A stretch of DNA of 64,000 nucleotides. It comes from Pelagomonas calceolata (taxonomy: Eukaryota). Below, in pieces: positions 30,401 through 38,580 of this stretch (its first letter is position 1; each line of letters starts with the position of its first letter). A program made the position numbers and the translations under genes. The stretch covers positions 5,208,001-5,272,000 of the forward strand of contig CAKKNE010000002.1 in the NCBI GenBank assembly GCA_918797485.1. Reading direction: 5' to 3'. The notes under the pieces were generated by a model. That model had not been told where the DNA came from. It saw nothing but the letters and a program-made list of their open reading frames with translations, and made no database searches.

Positions 30401-30721
30401 CTGCCGAACTACCTGAACGGCGGCGACCGCCGGAGCGTCGCCCTGGCGTCACTTCCCCAAGAATGGCTCTACTGCGAGTCGTGGTGCAACGCGCGCGCGA
30501 AGGCGAAAGCCAAGGCCTTCGACATGTGCCAGAACCCGGCGACGAAGGAGTATAAATTGGATGTGGCGCGGCGCGTCGCGGACCCGCTCTGGTCGGCCCT
30601 GGACGGCTACTTCGCCTCGACGATGGCCGAGCCCGTGTCCGTCGCCGTCAGGGCGCCCGCGGGGTCGTCCTGGAAGTGGTCCGTGCGCGGGGCGGGCGGC
30701 TCCGCCGGCGACGAGCTCTGA
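27461..30721 (+). CDS. UGGT: UDP-glucose:glycoprotein glucosyltransferase-like protein (GT24)
   Basis: Signal peptide; VFSVASGSMYERL, KLLFLDGLF, IVFVDADAVV, LQNLDQDLPN, LPQEWLYCESWC, DMCQNPATKE; C-terminal GDEL. Confidence 0.92.
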   Translation: MLKRALLLLPLAALADAGLRISVTSKFASNATTENSALDRLARAQRLRDDLTIDEKPTALGGWTVEVVARSTEYEKVEENDEVDDEAAAEISVDSPQLELSEKRIRALPYRVARDVKRHDDPLKRWRILTEDFPAYRKGLAGPMPKLSGEKLVEGWAMPSTDHLWVCGTDVVVRKHAPYDVVRDAFRAVDVHENRVAELGQVGLSLEDLAAKPKPPARLVPVNALDGGVAQVYELYDTRWDDDEEQREPVRVQFVVDPSRKGHVSAMLESIKKFWDLEDETIRENTPVIIKGYLLDARCRAALAWLQSLTRPYPAKRRFLEALQFRVYGDLEDAHILSSLKKAMDKKDKNVPLPDLQELVNRIGPGFDEDYASYGLESASPPFLLADGRLVELDPSEPENAGATAAAAIDRVANRHIDDEGDSAPFYHPILTPRVRIWPESDTTKERLFSHEFPTADAPDPRVPTLYADESSSSQAWERALLVARPDTVVVRDAPPPKKVSKKKRKLLMKRPFLACRGIVTELTETAFPATHHAPAVTAALLPCARTLAAVDDRPTWEPALHAAPSQLKHVFKGDTYKEALAVVDPVARAAPVVARILEVLRDDLGFSVTLAFAPRPEGGDLRTWARTSMYGEEVLIPQRVLGTSGKMRLALRKPETWRLSTDTDVDVSNFSPSEADGVVSYDVDALVVQGKTSRKRFAAFEDVHKRCVVVNGREVPSLNGDYSITLEDDLTARIGSSNVTIREMHPHALPLRSAYEVGNCTATKSDDGRVHVFSVASGSMYERLLRVMMGSVVLHASKPVTFWLLREFLSSTFLEDVPALERALEAQIRFPPAISWPEFLIDGEGAKIGIRDDLQRLVWASKLLFLDGLFHAHQRIVFVDADAVVVGDVAELLTLNLGMAPYAMAPFCSGENMNEATKGHRFWESGFWQNHLEPHNETYKISALFVVDISTFGMIGDGLRTTYQYMGPDANSLQNLDQDLPNYLNGGDRRSVALASLPQEWLYCESWCNARAKAKAKAFDMCQNPATKEYKLDVARRVADPLWSALDGYFASTMAEPVSVAVRAPAGSSWKWSVRGAGGSAGDEL

Positions 30722-30888
30722 TGTTGCGCCAGCGAATCCAAGCAGGCGCGTGAGCGAGAGGGTCGAGCCGTGGATGACGCCCGTGGCGCCCATCAACTGG
30801 ACCCAGGTGCCGATGGTCGACATGGTGCCCTCCCACTCGCCGCACTTGCCGACGTTCTCGGCCCGGTAGATATTAAGTGTTTAGTTAA

Positions 30889-32532
30889 TTAGTCGCTGTC
30901 GTCCCAGCCACTGTCGTCGTCGTCGTCCGAGTCGCTCTCGTGGCGCTGCATCGCGGCGATGCGGCCGCGGCGCTCCGCCAACTTGGCCGCGATCTCCGAC
31001 ATGAGGTCGCCCTGCTTCTGAACGGGCTTGAGCTTCCGCTGCGACGCGTGGCGGAGCGTCACGCCGCCGCGCAGCTGGTCGCAGAGCGTCGGCGCGAGGC
31101 CGCCGCCGCGCGTCGGCGCGGGTGGCGGCGCCTTCTTGAGCGTCGCGGCGCCGCCTTTGATGCCCGCTAAAAGGCCTTGCGGCGGCGCGGGCCGAGCCGG
31201 CGCCTTCTTCAGCGTCGCCGCGCCGCCGGCAATGCCCGCCAAGAACGACGGGGGACCGGGCCGGGCCGCGGCAGGCGCGGGTCCGGGCGGCGCCGCCGCG
31301 GCGGGCGTGGGGCGCAGTTTTGTCGCTTGGCCCTGGATACCGCCGAGGAACGCAGGAGCCGGTCGTCTGGGCGGCGCCGCGGCAACTGGCGGCGCGGGAT
31401 CGGCCGGCGACGGCGGCGCCTGCGCGTCGAAGAACTCGTCGTCGACGCTCGGCTCGCGCGCCGGGGGCCGCGGCGGCAGCGGCGGGGCCTCCCCCGCTTC
31501 TGGCTGCGCTTCGGCCGGCGGCGGCGCCTGCGGAGCCGCCCCGGCCGGCACGAACGCCCCGTTGCGGCACCACCGCAGCCGGAGCTGGAGATCGCCGCCG
31601 TCCGAGAGCTTGAGCCAGCCCGTCGAGTCCTCGTCGGGCTTGAGCACGTCCAAGGGTACGGTCAACACGCCTCGCGCCGTCGCGCGGCCCAGCAGCCCTC
31701 CCCCCTTGTGGAACGCGGTGATCACGAGCGAGGCGCCGGACGGGGCTCGAAAGGAGAGCTCCGGCGGGACGCACGTCGCCGCGTCCACGAACGCGCAAGT
31801 CACGCCGGGGTACGCCGCCACGGCCTTCGCGGAGTGCTTCGTCTCGAACCCGGGCAGCGCGACGGACGCCTTGAGCTTGATGGTCACCGCCGCATCCTTC
31901 TCCGCGTCGCCCGTCGCGCCGACGGCCCGGCCCGCGAAGACCGTCACCTCGAGCATGTCTGTTTCGGCGCCGCGCCGCGCCGCCGCGCGCTCCGCCGCCT
32001 GGTCGAGCACCCAGGGCGGCGGCTCGGCGAGGACGCGGAAGGGCCGCGCGTGCGGATCCTCGGCGCGCTCCCGGCACCGGAGGCTCAGGACGTGCTCGGA
32101 GCCATCCTCGAAGCGGCAGCGGTGGGCCGCGCCCTCCCTACGTAGTATATGCACGTCGGCCTCGGCGCTTCCGTCGAGGGCGACGAGGCGCGCGTAGCGG
32201 TGCCGCAGTTTTTTTTCCGACGTGTCCGCGGCCGCCCCGAGCGCGACGTAGACGGCGGCGGGGTCCTCGCCGGCCTCGACCCGCAACACGACGCGCGTCG
32301 GCGTGTTTTGGGCCCCGCAGTTCACTTGCACGATGCGTGACAGCGGCGGGACGGCGACGCGGTCGCTCGTCGCCTTGGCGCCGAACCGGACCTCGAGGTG
32401 CATGCCCCGCACGGGGAGGCGGCAGGTCTTCTGGGTGCGGTAGGCCTCCTCCAGCAGCGCGTTCGTCGCGGCGTCGTAGGCATGGAAGGTGCCGCTGCCG
32501 TCGCGGTGGTAATAGGCGGGATCGGCGGCCAT
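30889..32532 (-). CDS. WWE + C2 + proline-rich + WH2x4 + central/acidic (WCA) protein, putative actin nucleation-promoting factor
   Basis: WWE-like YYHRDGSGTFHAYDAATNALLEEAY; C2-like LEVTVFAGR...GWLKLSDGGDLQLRLRW; WH2 LLAGIKGGAATLKKA-type repeats; DLMSEIAAKLAERR; DSDDDDDSGWDDSD end. Confidence 0.8.
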   Translation of the reverse strand: MAADPAYYHRDGSGTFHAYDAATNALLEEAYRTQKTCRLPVRGMHLEVRFGAKATSDRVAVPPLSRIVQVNCGAQNTPTRVVLRVEAGEDPAAVYVALGAAADTSEKKLRHRYARLVALDGSAEADVHILRREGAAHRCRFEDGSEHVLSLRCRERAEDPHARPFRVLAEPPPWVLDQAAERAAARRGAETDMLEVTVFAGRAVGATGDAEKDAAVTIKLKASVALPGFETKHSAKAVAAYPGVTCAFVDAATCVPPELSFRAPSGASLVITAFHKGGGLLGRATARGVLTVPLDVLKPDEDSTGWLKLSDGGDLQLRLRWCRNGAFVPAGAAPQAPPPAEAQPEAGEAPPLPPRPPAREPSVDDEFFDAQAPPSPADPAPPVAAAPPRRPAPAFLGGIQGQATKLRPTPAAAAPPGPAPAAARPGPPSFLAGIAGGAATLKKAPARPAPPQGLLAGIKGGAATLKKAPPPAPTRGGGLAPTLCDQLRGGVTLRHASQRKLKPVQKQGDLMSEIAAKLAERRGRIAAMQRHESDSDDDDDSGWDDSD

Positions 32533-32953
32533 GGTTGTGGGGTCGCGAGGCTGCCCCTGAGTAGCACGGCTCTGCTGCCCTTTGTGTTGCGAGCGGTGCC
32601 TCGCTTGTTGCAGAGCCTCGCTGCGCGACTGTCCGCACTTGTGGGCAGCCTTTACTTGCAATTACGAGGCCGCGGGCCGAAAAATTATCCTGCCAAAGCA
32701 TGGGAAGTGTGAGAGATCCTAGTAGGTGCTCGGTCTTCGACTCCCCGGCAGAGGTGCGTTGGCCACCGTCTCTGCCGCAGCCGGTGCCAAAACGAGCTCG
32801 CTGGCAAAAAGAGAAAAACCCGCTTCTCAGGCAACCTGGATGGGCATCTCCGAGACGCCGGAAAAAAGGCCTTAATAATTTGCAGGCGGGGTCCGCAAAC
32901 AGTTCGACCACCGCCAAAGCCGGTTCGACCACCGCCAAAGCCACAGCCCAGCC

Positions 32954-33589
32954 ATGTCTGCCAACGTTGCCAGCGCCGACGCCGAGGCCAAGCCCAAGCG
33001 CCCGGCCAGCAAGGGCCGCCGCAAGTACCCGCCGAAGTCGCAAAAGGCCAAGGAGGCGTCGCGCGCGAAGTACCTCGCGAAGAAGCTCGCGAGCGGCGAC
33101 GAGCTCACCGAGGCGCAGCTGGCCAGCGTCGAGGAGCTCGGCGGCCGCGACGCCGTGCTCGAGCGCGAGGCGAAGCGCAAGGAGCGCGCCGCGGCGCTCG
33201 AGCAGGCGAAGGCCGACGTCAAGCGCGATCACCCGCACCAGGCCTACGTGAGCGGGCTGCCCGCGTCCACGACGTCCGAGGGCGGCCTCGCGGCGCTGCG
33301 GGCCGAGGTGCCGGGCGTCTCGCACTTCGTCGCCGTGCGCGACCGCCAGACCGACGAGTGCCGCGGGTTTGGGTTTGCGGTGCTCGACTCGAAGGCGTCG
33401 CTCGACGCGCTCGTGGCCCTCGACGGCGCGGAGGGGCTGCTGGGCTGCGAGGAGGCGCTGAAGGTCTCTGCCGCGCGCAAGCTCATGGACCCGACGAAAT
33501 CCCGCGGCGACGGCGACGGCGCCAAGCCGAAGCCGCGCCGGCCGCGGCCGCCGCGCAAGCCGAAGCAGGCCGCGGCCGAGGACGCCTGA
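32954..33589 (+). CDS. RRM RNA-binding protein
   Basis: RNP2 AYVSGL, RNP1 RGFGFAVL; basic termini. Confidence 0.85.
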   Translation: MSANVASADAEAKPKRPASKGRRKYPPKSQKAKEASRAKYLAKKLASGDELTEAQLASVEELGGRDAVLEREAKRKERAAALEQAKADVKRDHPHQAYVSGLPASTTSEGGLAALRAEVPGVSHFVAVRDRQTDECRGFGFAVLDSKASLDALVALDGAEGLLGCEEALKVSAARKLMDPTKSRGDGDGAKPKPRRPRPPRKPKQAAAEDA

Positions 33590-33691
33590 GCGGGGGCAGA
33601 CTTGTTGACTACTACTACCGTAAGACGAAATGATTTTTCTCAAGAAACAAGGTGGTGTAGGAGTCCCTCGCCCGGGCGGGCGAGCAAGTGT

Positions 33692-34144
33692 CTACGACCG
33701 CTCGATGAGCTCGTCGAGCTGCGCGGCGCGCCGCCGGGCCCTGAGCCCCTGGCGCTTCAGGCCGCGCACGTACTGGGCGAGCGCGCGGTCCTCGGCCGTG
33801 GCGCCCGACACGTCGTCGGCGTCGCCGTACGCCTCGGCGTCCTCGACGACGTCCGCGTAGGCCGCGGCCGACTCCTCGAGCCCCGCGGCGCGGCCCTCGA
33901 GCGCCGACTTGATGTCGATGAGCTGCTCGACGTCGCAGGCCTCGTCGCCCTCGGCGCAGTACGCCGTCGCCGACTGGAGGATCTCGAGCGACGCCGCCTC
34001 CCAGTTCACGACCTGGGGCTCGCCGTGGACGGCCTCGCGGCGGACGCGGCGCTGCGTCTGCCGGAAGTGGCCCTGGATGAAGGCTTGGCTGGTGGTTGAG
34101 AAAGTCGACAGCGTGGAGAAGGCCAGGGATACCAGTTTCTGCAT
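33692..34144 (-). CDS. Small helical protein, possibly plastid-targeted
   Basis: N-terminal leader ending SQAF (ASAF-like), followed by an Arg-rich transit-like stretch and an acidic mature part. Confidence 0.6.
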   Translation of the reverse strand: MQKLVSLAFSTLSTFSTTSQAFIQGHFRQTQRRVRREAVHGEPQVVNWEAASLEILQSATAYCAEGDEACDVEQLIDIKSALEGRAAGLEESAAAYADVVEDAEAYGDADDVSGATAEDRALAQYVRGLKRQGLRARRRAAQLDELIERS

Positions 34145-34179
34145 GGTGATACCCCGGACACGCTGTTGGCCCCGATTCT

Positions 34180-34258
34180 GCTTGGCTCCTGCCTGAGTCG
34201 GCTGTTTTTGCTTGGCTCCTGCTGGACTCCTGCTCGACTCCTGCTCGACTCCTGCTCT
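34180..34258. repeat. Short tandem repeat (~11-bp CTCCTGCTCGA-like units)
   Basis: ctcctgctgga ctcctgctcga ctcctgctcga ctcctgctct, plus upstream CTTGGCTCCTG copies. Confidence 0.6.
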
Positions 34259-34584
34259 CTGGAAGGTCTAGGCCGGGCGCGGAGGATCTGGCTTCTTCGC
34301 AGCGTGTCAAGGGCGCGCGTCGGGCAGCTCTCCAAAAACCTGCCTGTTCGGGGTGGTCCCGAGGCGTCGGTACTGCCGTTGGCACTTTTGCTCTGCGTTC
34401 CGAATTTGCTAGTGTCTTACAGACGCTAGCAATTTACGCGGAGCTCTTGGACGCGGGTCTACGCCCCGGGCGGTAGCAATTAGGTAGCAATCTCAAAGAC
34501 CCTATCTTGCTTGAACCGTTAGAGACCCATTTTGCGAGTACATTCAAATTTAACGCAGGGACGGATCAACACATAAACACAAGG

Positions 34585-35499
34585 TCACCGCCCCCGCCGC
34601 CGCTTCTTCGCGCCCCCAAAGCGCGCGAAGCCCATCTCGAGCAGGAGCGCGTCGTCCTCGGCGGAACGCGGCCGTCGCCGCGCCGCGGCGGGCAGCGGCG
34701 CGCCGCCGACGCCGCGCGCCGCCCGCAGCGGCGCCTCGACCGGCGTCGCGGCGCCCCCCTCTAAGCGGAGAGGCGCGCGCATGGGCACGTTGGGAAAGCA
34801 GCCGAAGCGGACCGCGTCCGCATCATCGACAGCTCCCAAATTCGCCGACCGCGCGTGGAGCAGCAGGGGGTGGGCCAGGACGACGTCGCCGGCGCGGCCC
34901 GAAGCCTCAACTATAAAAGGCGGGGGCTCGCCGACGGCCGCGCGCGCGAGCGCGGAGAGGCGCGGACCGCCGACGCCGGCGGGCCCCGCGCGCGCGAGGA
35001 GCGCCGCGACCGCGCGGTGCGAGCCCGGCGCGAGCGCCGTGCCGCCGCCGCCCGGGGCCACGTCCGAGAAGAGGAGGATCGGCGCCAGGCCGATTTCCGG
35101 CGAGGCGAGCGTGTGCGCGAAGTGCGCGCCGTCGACGTGCCACGCGCCCGCGCCGCCGCGCGCCGGGAAGTTTATGACCCACCACCCGAGACCCGGCCTT
35201 TCCCATCGATCCTCGCCGCAGAGCTGGTCGACGGCCGCCACGAGGCGCGGCGACCAGCACGCCGCCCAGGGCGCGCCGAGGTCGTCGCCACCGTACGCCT
35301 CGGCGAGGCCGACGCGGCCGCCCTCCGCTTTCGCCCACGTCGCCGGCTCGTCCTTTCGTATGCCGCGGTCCCCTTCCAATTTGGCCCAGAGGGCGTCCCG
35401 GCAGGCAAGGGCCACGGCCCGCGGGACGGCGTCCCGGAGCACCACGAAGCCGTCTCTGTCAAACGCCGCGAGGTCCGCTGCTGAGAGTGGCGGCGGCAT
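34585..35499 (-). CDS. Phytanoyl-CoA dioxygenase (PhyH) family protein
   Basis: FDRDGFVVLRDAV, WHVDG, GGGTALAPGSH, GRAGDVVLAHPLLLHARSAN. Confidence 0.9.
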   Translation of the reverse strand: MPPPLSAADLAAFDRDGFVVLRDAVPRAVALACRDALWAKLEGDRGIRKDEPATWAKAEGGRVGLAEAYGGDDLGAPWAACWSPRLVAAVDQLCGEDRWERPGLGWWVINFPARGGAGAWHVDGAHFAHTLASPEIGLAPILLFSDVAPGGGGTALAPGSHRAVAALLARAGPAGVGGPRLSALARAAVGEPPPFIVEASGRAGDVVLAHPLLLHARSANLGAVDDADAVRFGCFPNVPMRAPLRLEGGAATPVEAPLRAARGVGGAPLPAAARRRPRSAEDDALLLEMGFARFGGAKKRRRGR

Positions 35500-35634
35500 C
35501 GGTCTCTGCCAGCACTTGTGGCCCCTCGCAGCCGCCGGAGATGCAAACGCTGCACCAATTTAACCGAAAAAACAGCCTCGCAGCCGGCTGCACAGGCTGC
35601 CACAGAGTTTTAGTTTGTTGATTTTTTACTTGTC

Positions 35635-36723
35635 CTAGGGGTCTACGGACTCCTCGTCGTCGTCGCTCACTGGCAGGAAATCCTCGCTCGCCCGGTAGCG
35701 CCGGCACTCCTCGCTCGGCGACCACGCCGTCGGCTCGTCCAGGGGCGACCCTAGCGAGTGGCTGTGGCCCGACGTGCCGCAGCGCTCGCGCTGGAAGGCC
35801 CGCAGGCGCGCCGTGTAGTTCGCCAGGGCCCTGTCCACGCCCCCGGCGCCCCCGAAGACGCAGCGCGCCCGCGCGAGGAGCGCCGCCTCCGCGCGTCGAT
35901 GGACGACGGCGTCGAGGCGATTCTTCGCCGCGATCACGCGGACCGCGTCCGCGGCGCTCGCGCGCACGGCGTCGAGGCGGGGCGCGCCGACCACGGAGTT
36001 CCGCCGGCAATAGTCGACGTCCAGGTCCGGGAAGAGTCGCCCGAGCAACAAAAGCGACAAATCAAAGTGCTCCACGACACCCACGAAGAGGTCCGGCGAC
36101 GCCAGGAGCTCGTCCACGCGCCGCCCGTACGCCTCGGCGCCCGCCGGGCACACGTCCGCGGGCGCCTTCGTCCTGTTCCCGGCTTCCGCGTCGAAAACGC
36201 CGTCGCCCTCGGCGGGCCCCTTGCTCCGCCCGCGCGCGCCCCACGAGAAGCCGCGGAGCTTCTGGAGCGAGAAGCCGCGCGCGCGCCCGCCGAGCCGCCG
36301 CCGCGCCGCGCAGGCGCCGAGCGCCGCGCCGCCGAGCATGTACTGGTGCTGGTTGTTGGCCCGCGCGCTCGCCCGCGCGTACTCCAGCAGCGTCGCGCAG
36401 CGCGCCTTGCGCGTCTTCTTGCTCTTGTCGCTGCCCGTCGCGCGCCAGTACCAGTAGCGCGACAGCGTCCGCGAGACCGGCTCGCGCACGAAGGTGACGA
36501 CGAACTCGCGCTTCGCGCCGGCCGCGCGCAGCACCTTTGCGAGCGGCGGCCGGCTCGAATGCATCTCGCGCGCGTGCGTCACGTTCTTCAGCATGGCGCG
36601 GATCGTGATGCCGGCGTTCTTGTGCTGATGATAGTGCGCAATGCTGCGGCCCGCCGCGTCGGGCTCGCCGCACATGGCAGCAAGGCCGCCCGGCAGCAGC
36701 AATACGGCGACGAGCGCCGCCAT
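35635..36723 (-). CDS. Secreted or Golgi sulfotransferase (Sulfotransfer_2 / galactose-sulfotransferase-like)
   Basis: Signal peptide; HYHQHKNAGITIR, VTFVREPVSRTLSRYWY, FVGVVEHFDLSLLLL, NRLDAVVH. Confidence 0.8.
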   Translation of the reverse strand: MAALVAVLLLPGGLAAMCGEPDAAGRSIAHYHQHKNAGITIRAMLKNVTHAREMHSSRPPLAKVLRAAGAKREFVVTFVREPVSRTLSRYWYWRATGSDKSKKTRKARCATLLEYARASARANNQHQYMLGGAALGACAARRRLGGRARGFSLQKLRGFSWGARGRSKGPAEGDGVFDAEAGNRTKAPADVCPAGAEAYGRRVDELLASPDLFVGVVEHFDLSLLLLGRLFPDLDVDYCRRNSVVGAPRLDAVRASAADAVRVIAAKNRLDAVVHRRAEAALLARARCVFGGAGGVDRALANYTARLRAFQRERCGTSGHSHSLGSPLDEPTAWSPSEECRRYRASEDFLPVSDDDEESVDP

Positions 36724-37117
36724 AGCTGCTTACCCAATTGCGGCGCGTAGGGCCCATACGACTGCGATTTTGCGCAGGTCGCTGCTCCGCAGTGCCCGCG
36801 CTGCCGCTGGGCGAGCGGTGTCACTAAAAACCACCTATGCGGGCCGTAAATGAGGCTGGCTACGACCCTCGGAGCCCTTGCCCAAGGTTGGGACCCGGGA
36901 ACCCGAGCTAGCGGCATGTAAGACACTCTAGAGCTACATCTCAGAAAAAATCGGGTGCGGTACGCGCGCTCCCATCGAGGTAGCTGTGCGCTGTGTCTGC
37001 TGCCCAGACAGTCCGCACGCACGCAGCGCATCCATCCTGCGCGGCCGCTCAGGGAGAACCCCTACAGCTAGTTTGGCAGCGCCGCTGCGACGGGCGTGCA
37101 TGAAACGCGGCCGACCC

Positions 37118-38256
37118 ATGACTAGCTACTATGAATTGCTCGGCGTCGATAAGAAAGCAGACGACGCGGCGCTGAAGAAGGCGTACCGCAAGGCGGCCGT
37201 GAAGTGGCACCCCGACAAGCACGCGTCGAAGCCGGAGGCGGAGCAGAAGAAGGCCGAGGAGAAATTCAAGGAGATCGCGGAGGCCTACGACGTGCTGAGC
37301 GATCCGCAGAAGCGCCAGATCTACGACGTCTACGGCGTCGAGGGCCTCAAGGGCGGGTCCGGGCCGGCCGACGAGGCCTACGCCGAGGCGGCGTCGCGGC
37401 GCGCGGGCTCGACGGCGGGCTTCGCGGGGACGGCGCCGGGCGGCGGCATGCGCTACGAGTTCCGCGGCGACCCGTCCGAGATGTTCGCGCAGTTCTTCGG
37501 CGCGGGCTTTGCGCGGCAGCGGTCCGCGGGCGAGGGCGGCCTCGGCGGCATGGGCGACCTCTTCGGCGGCGCGGGCGGCGCGCGGCGCGAGGGCCAGCGG
37601 CTCCAGCGGCCCGTCGTCCAGGTCGCGCTCGGCTGCAGCCTCGAGGACCTCTACCGCGGCTGCACGAAGAAGCTCAAGATCACGCGCAAGAGCACGACGC
37701 TGACGCGGCCGGCGGAGAAGGTCCTCGAGGTGCCCATCAAGCCGGGCTTCAAGGCCGGCACGAAGATCACCTTCAGCGGCGACGGCGACGAGGTGGCGCC
37801 CGGCGTGGCCCAGGACATCCAGGTCGTCGTCCGCGAGAAGCCGCACGACCGCTTCGTCCGCGAGGGCGCGGACCTGCACCTCAAGCACGCGATCTCGCTC
37901 GCGGATGCGGTTTGTGGGCTCTCGTACCTCGACGTGCGATCGCTAGATGCGGCGCCACGTGTGATGTGAAGTGTGGAAATCAACCAGTGAGGCGGGGGCT
38001 ACCGCCGCACCATCGAGCAGGCGCCGCGTCGATGGCGTGGAGGTTATGATTCAGCCGTATGATTACACAGGTTCTGCGGGTCAACTTCAAGGGCGTCGCC
38101 ATCACGCCGGCGACGTCGAGGGTCGTCGCCGGCGAGGGCATGCCGCGGCGCGGCGGCGGGAGGGGAGACCTCGTCATCACCTTCGACGTGCGCTTCCCGG
38201 CCGCGCCCGTCGCGGACCCGGCGAAGCAGGCGGCGCTCCGCGGCGCGCTCGAGTGA
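37118..38256 (+). CDS. DnaJ/Hsp40 class B chaperone, 2 exons (intron 37961-38070)
   Basis: J-domain with HPD, G/F region, [34 protein letters not shown]...[13 protein letters not shown]; the GT-AG intron restores the frame. Confidence 0.92.
37969..38070 (+). mobile_element. Degenerate Introner-like element in the DnaJ intron
   Basis: GTGTGGAAATCAACCAG lies 10 nt after the donor, as in the GH3 intron; internal GCGTCGATGGCGTGGAGG; decayed TSD gtgatgtg/gttctgcg. Confidence 0.7.
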
Positions 38257-38580
38257 GCGCCCGGGCTCTCCACCTCACGGCGGCGGTATAATATATATGA
38301 TGTTATAGTACTCCTGCGGCCTTCCGGACGGGTCGGGTGTCGCTCGGGGCGGGTCCGCGGCGCCTCCCACGCCCGGCGCGGGCGGCGAGGCCTGCGCGGA
38401 GCCCACCGCCGCGCGGGACGCCGCGCCGGCTTTTCTAGGGAAATTCAAGTAGGCAAGTATCGAGTAGTTACACAGGTTTCAAAGTTTGGAGGGGGCAGCA
38501 CTGGCTGACTAAAGGCTATCGAAAAGGCAGCCCAATCATGGCCGCGCTGCGAGCGAGCCCCGAGGCGGCATAGCTAGCAC

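Noticed and set aside
15044..36723. A biosynthetic cluster of glyco-enzymes (deacetylase, two sulfotransferases, glycosyltransferase, UGGT)
   Set aside because: The genes are interspersed with unrelated housekeeping genes, and such families are common in algal genomes.
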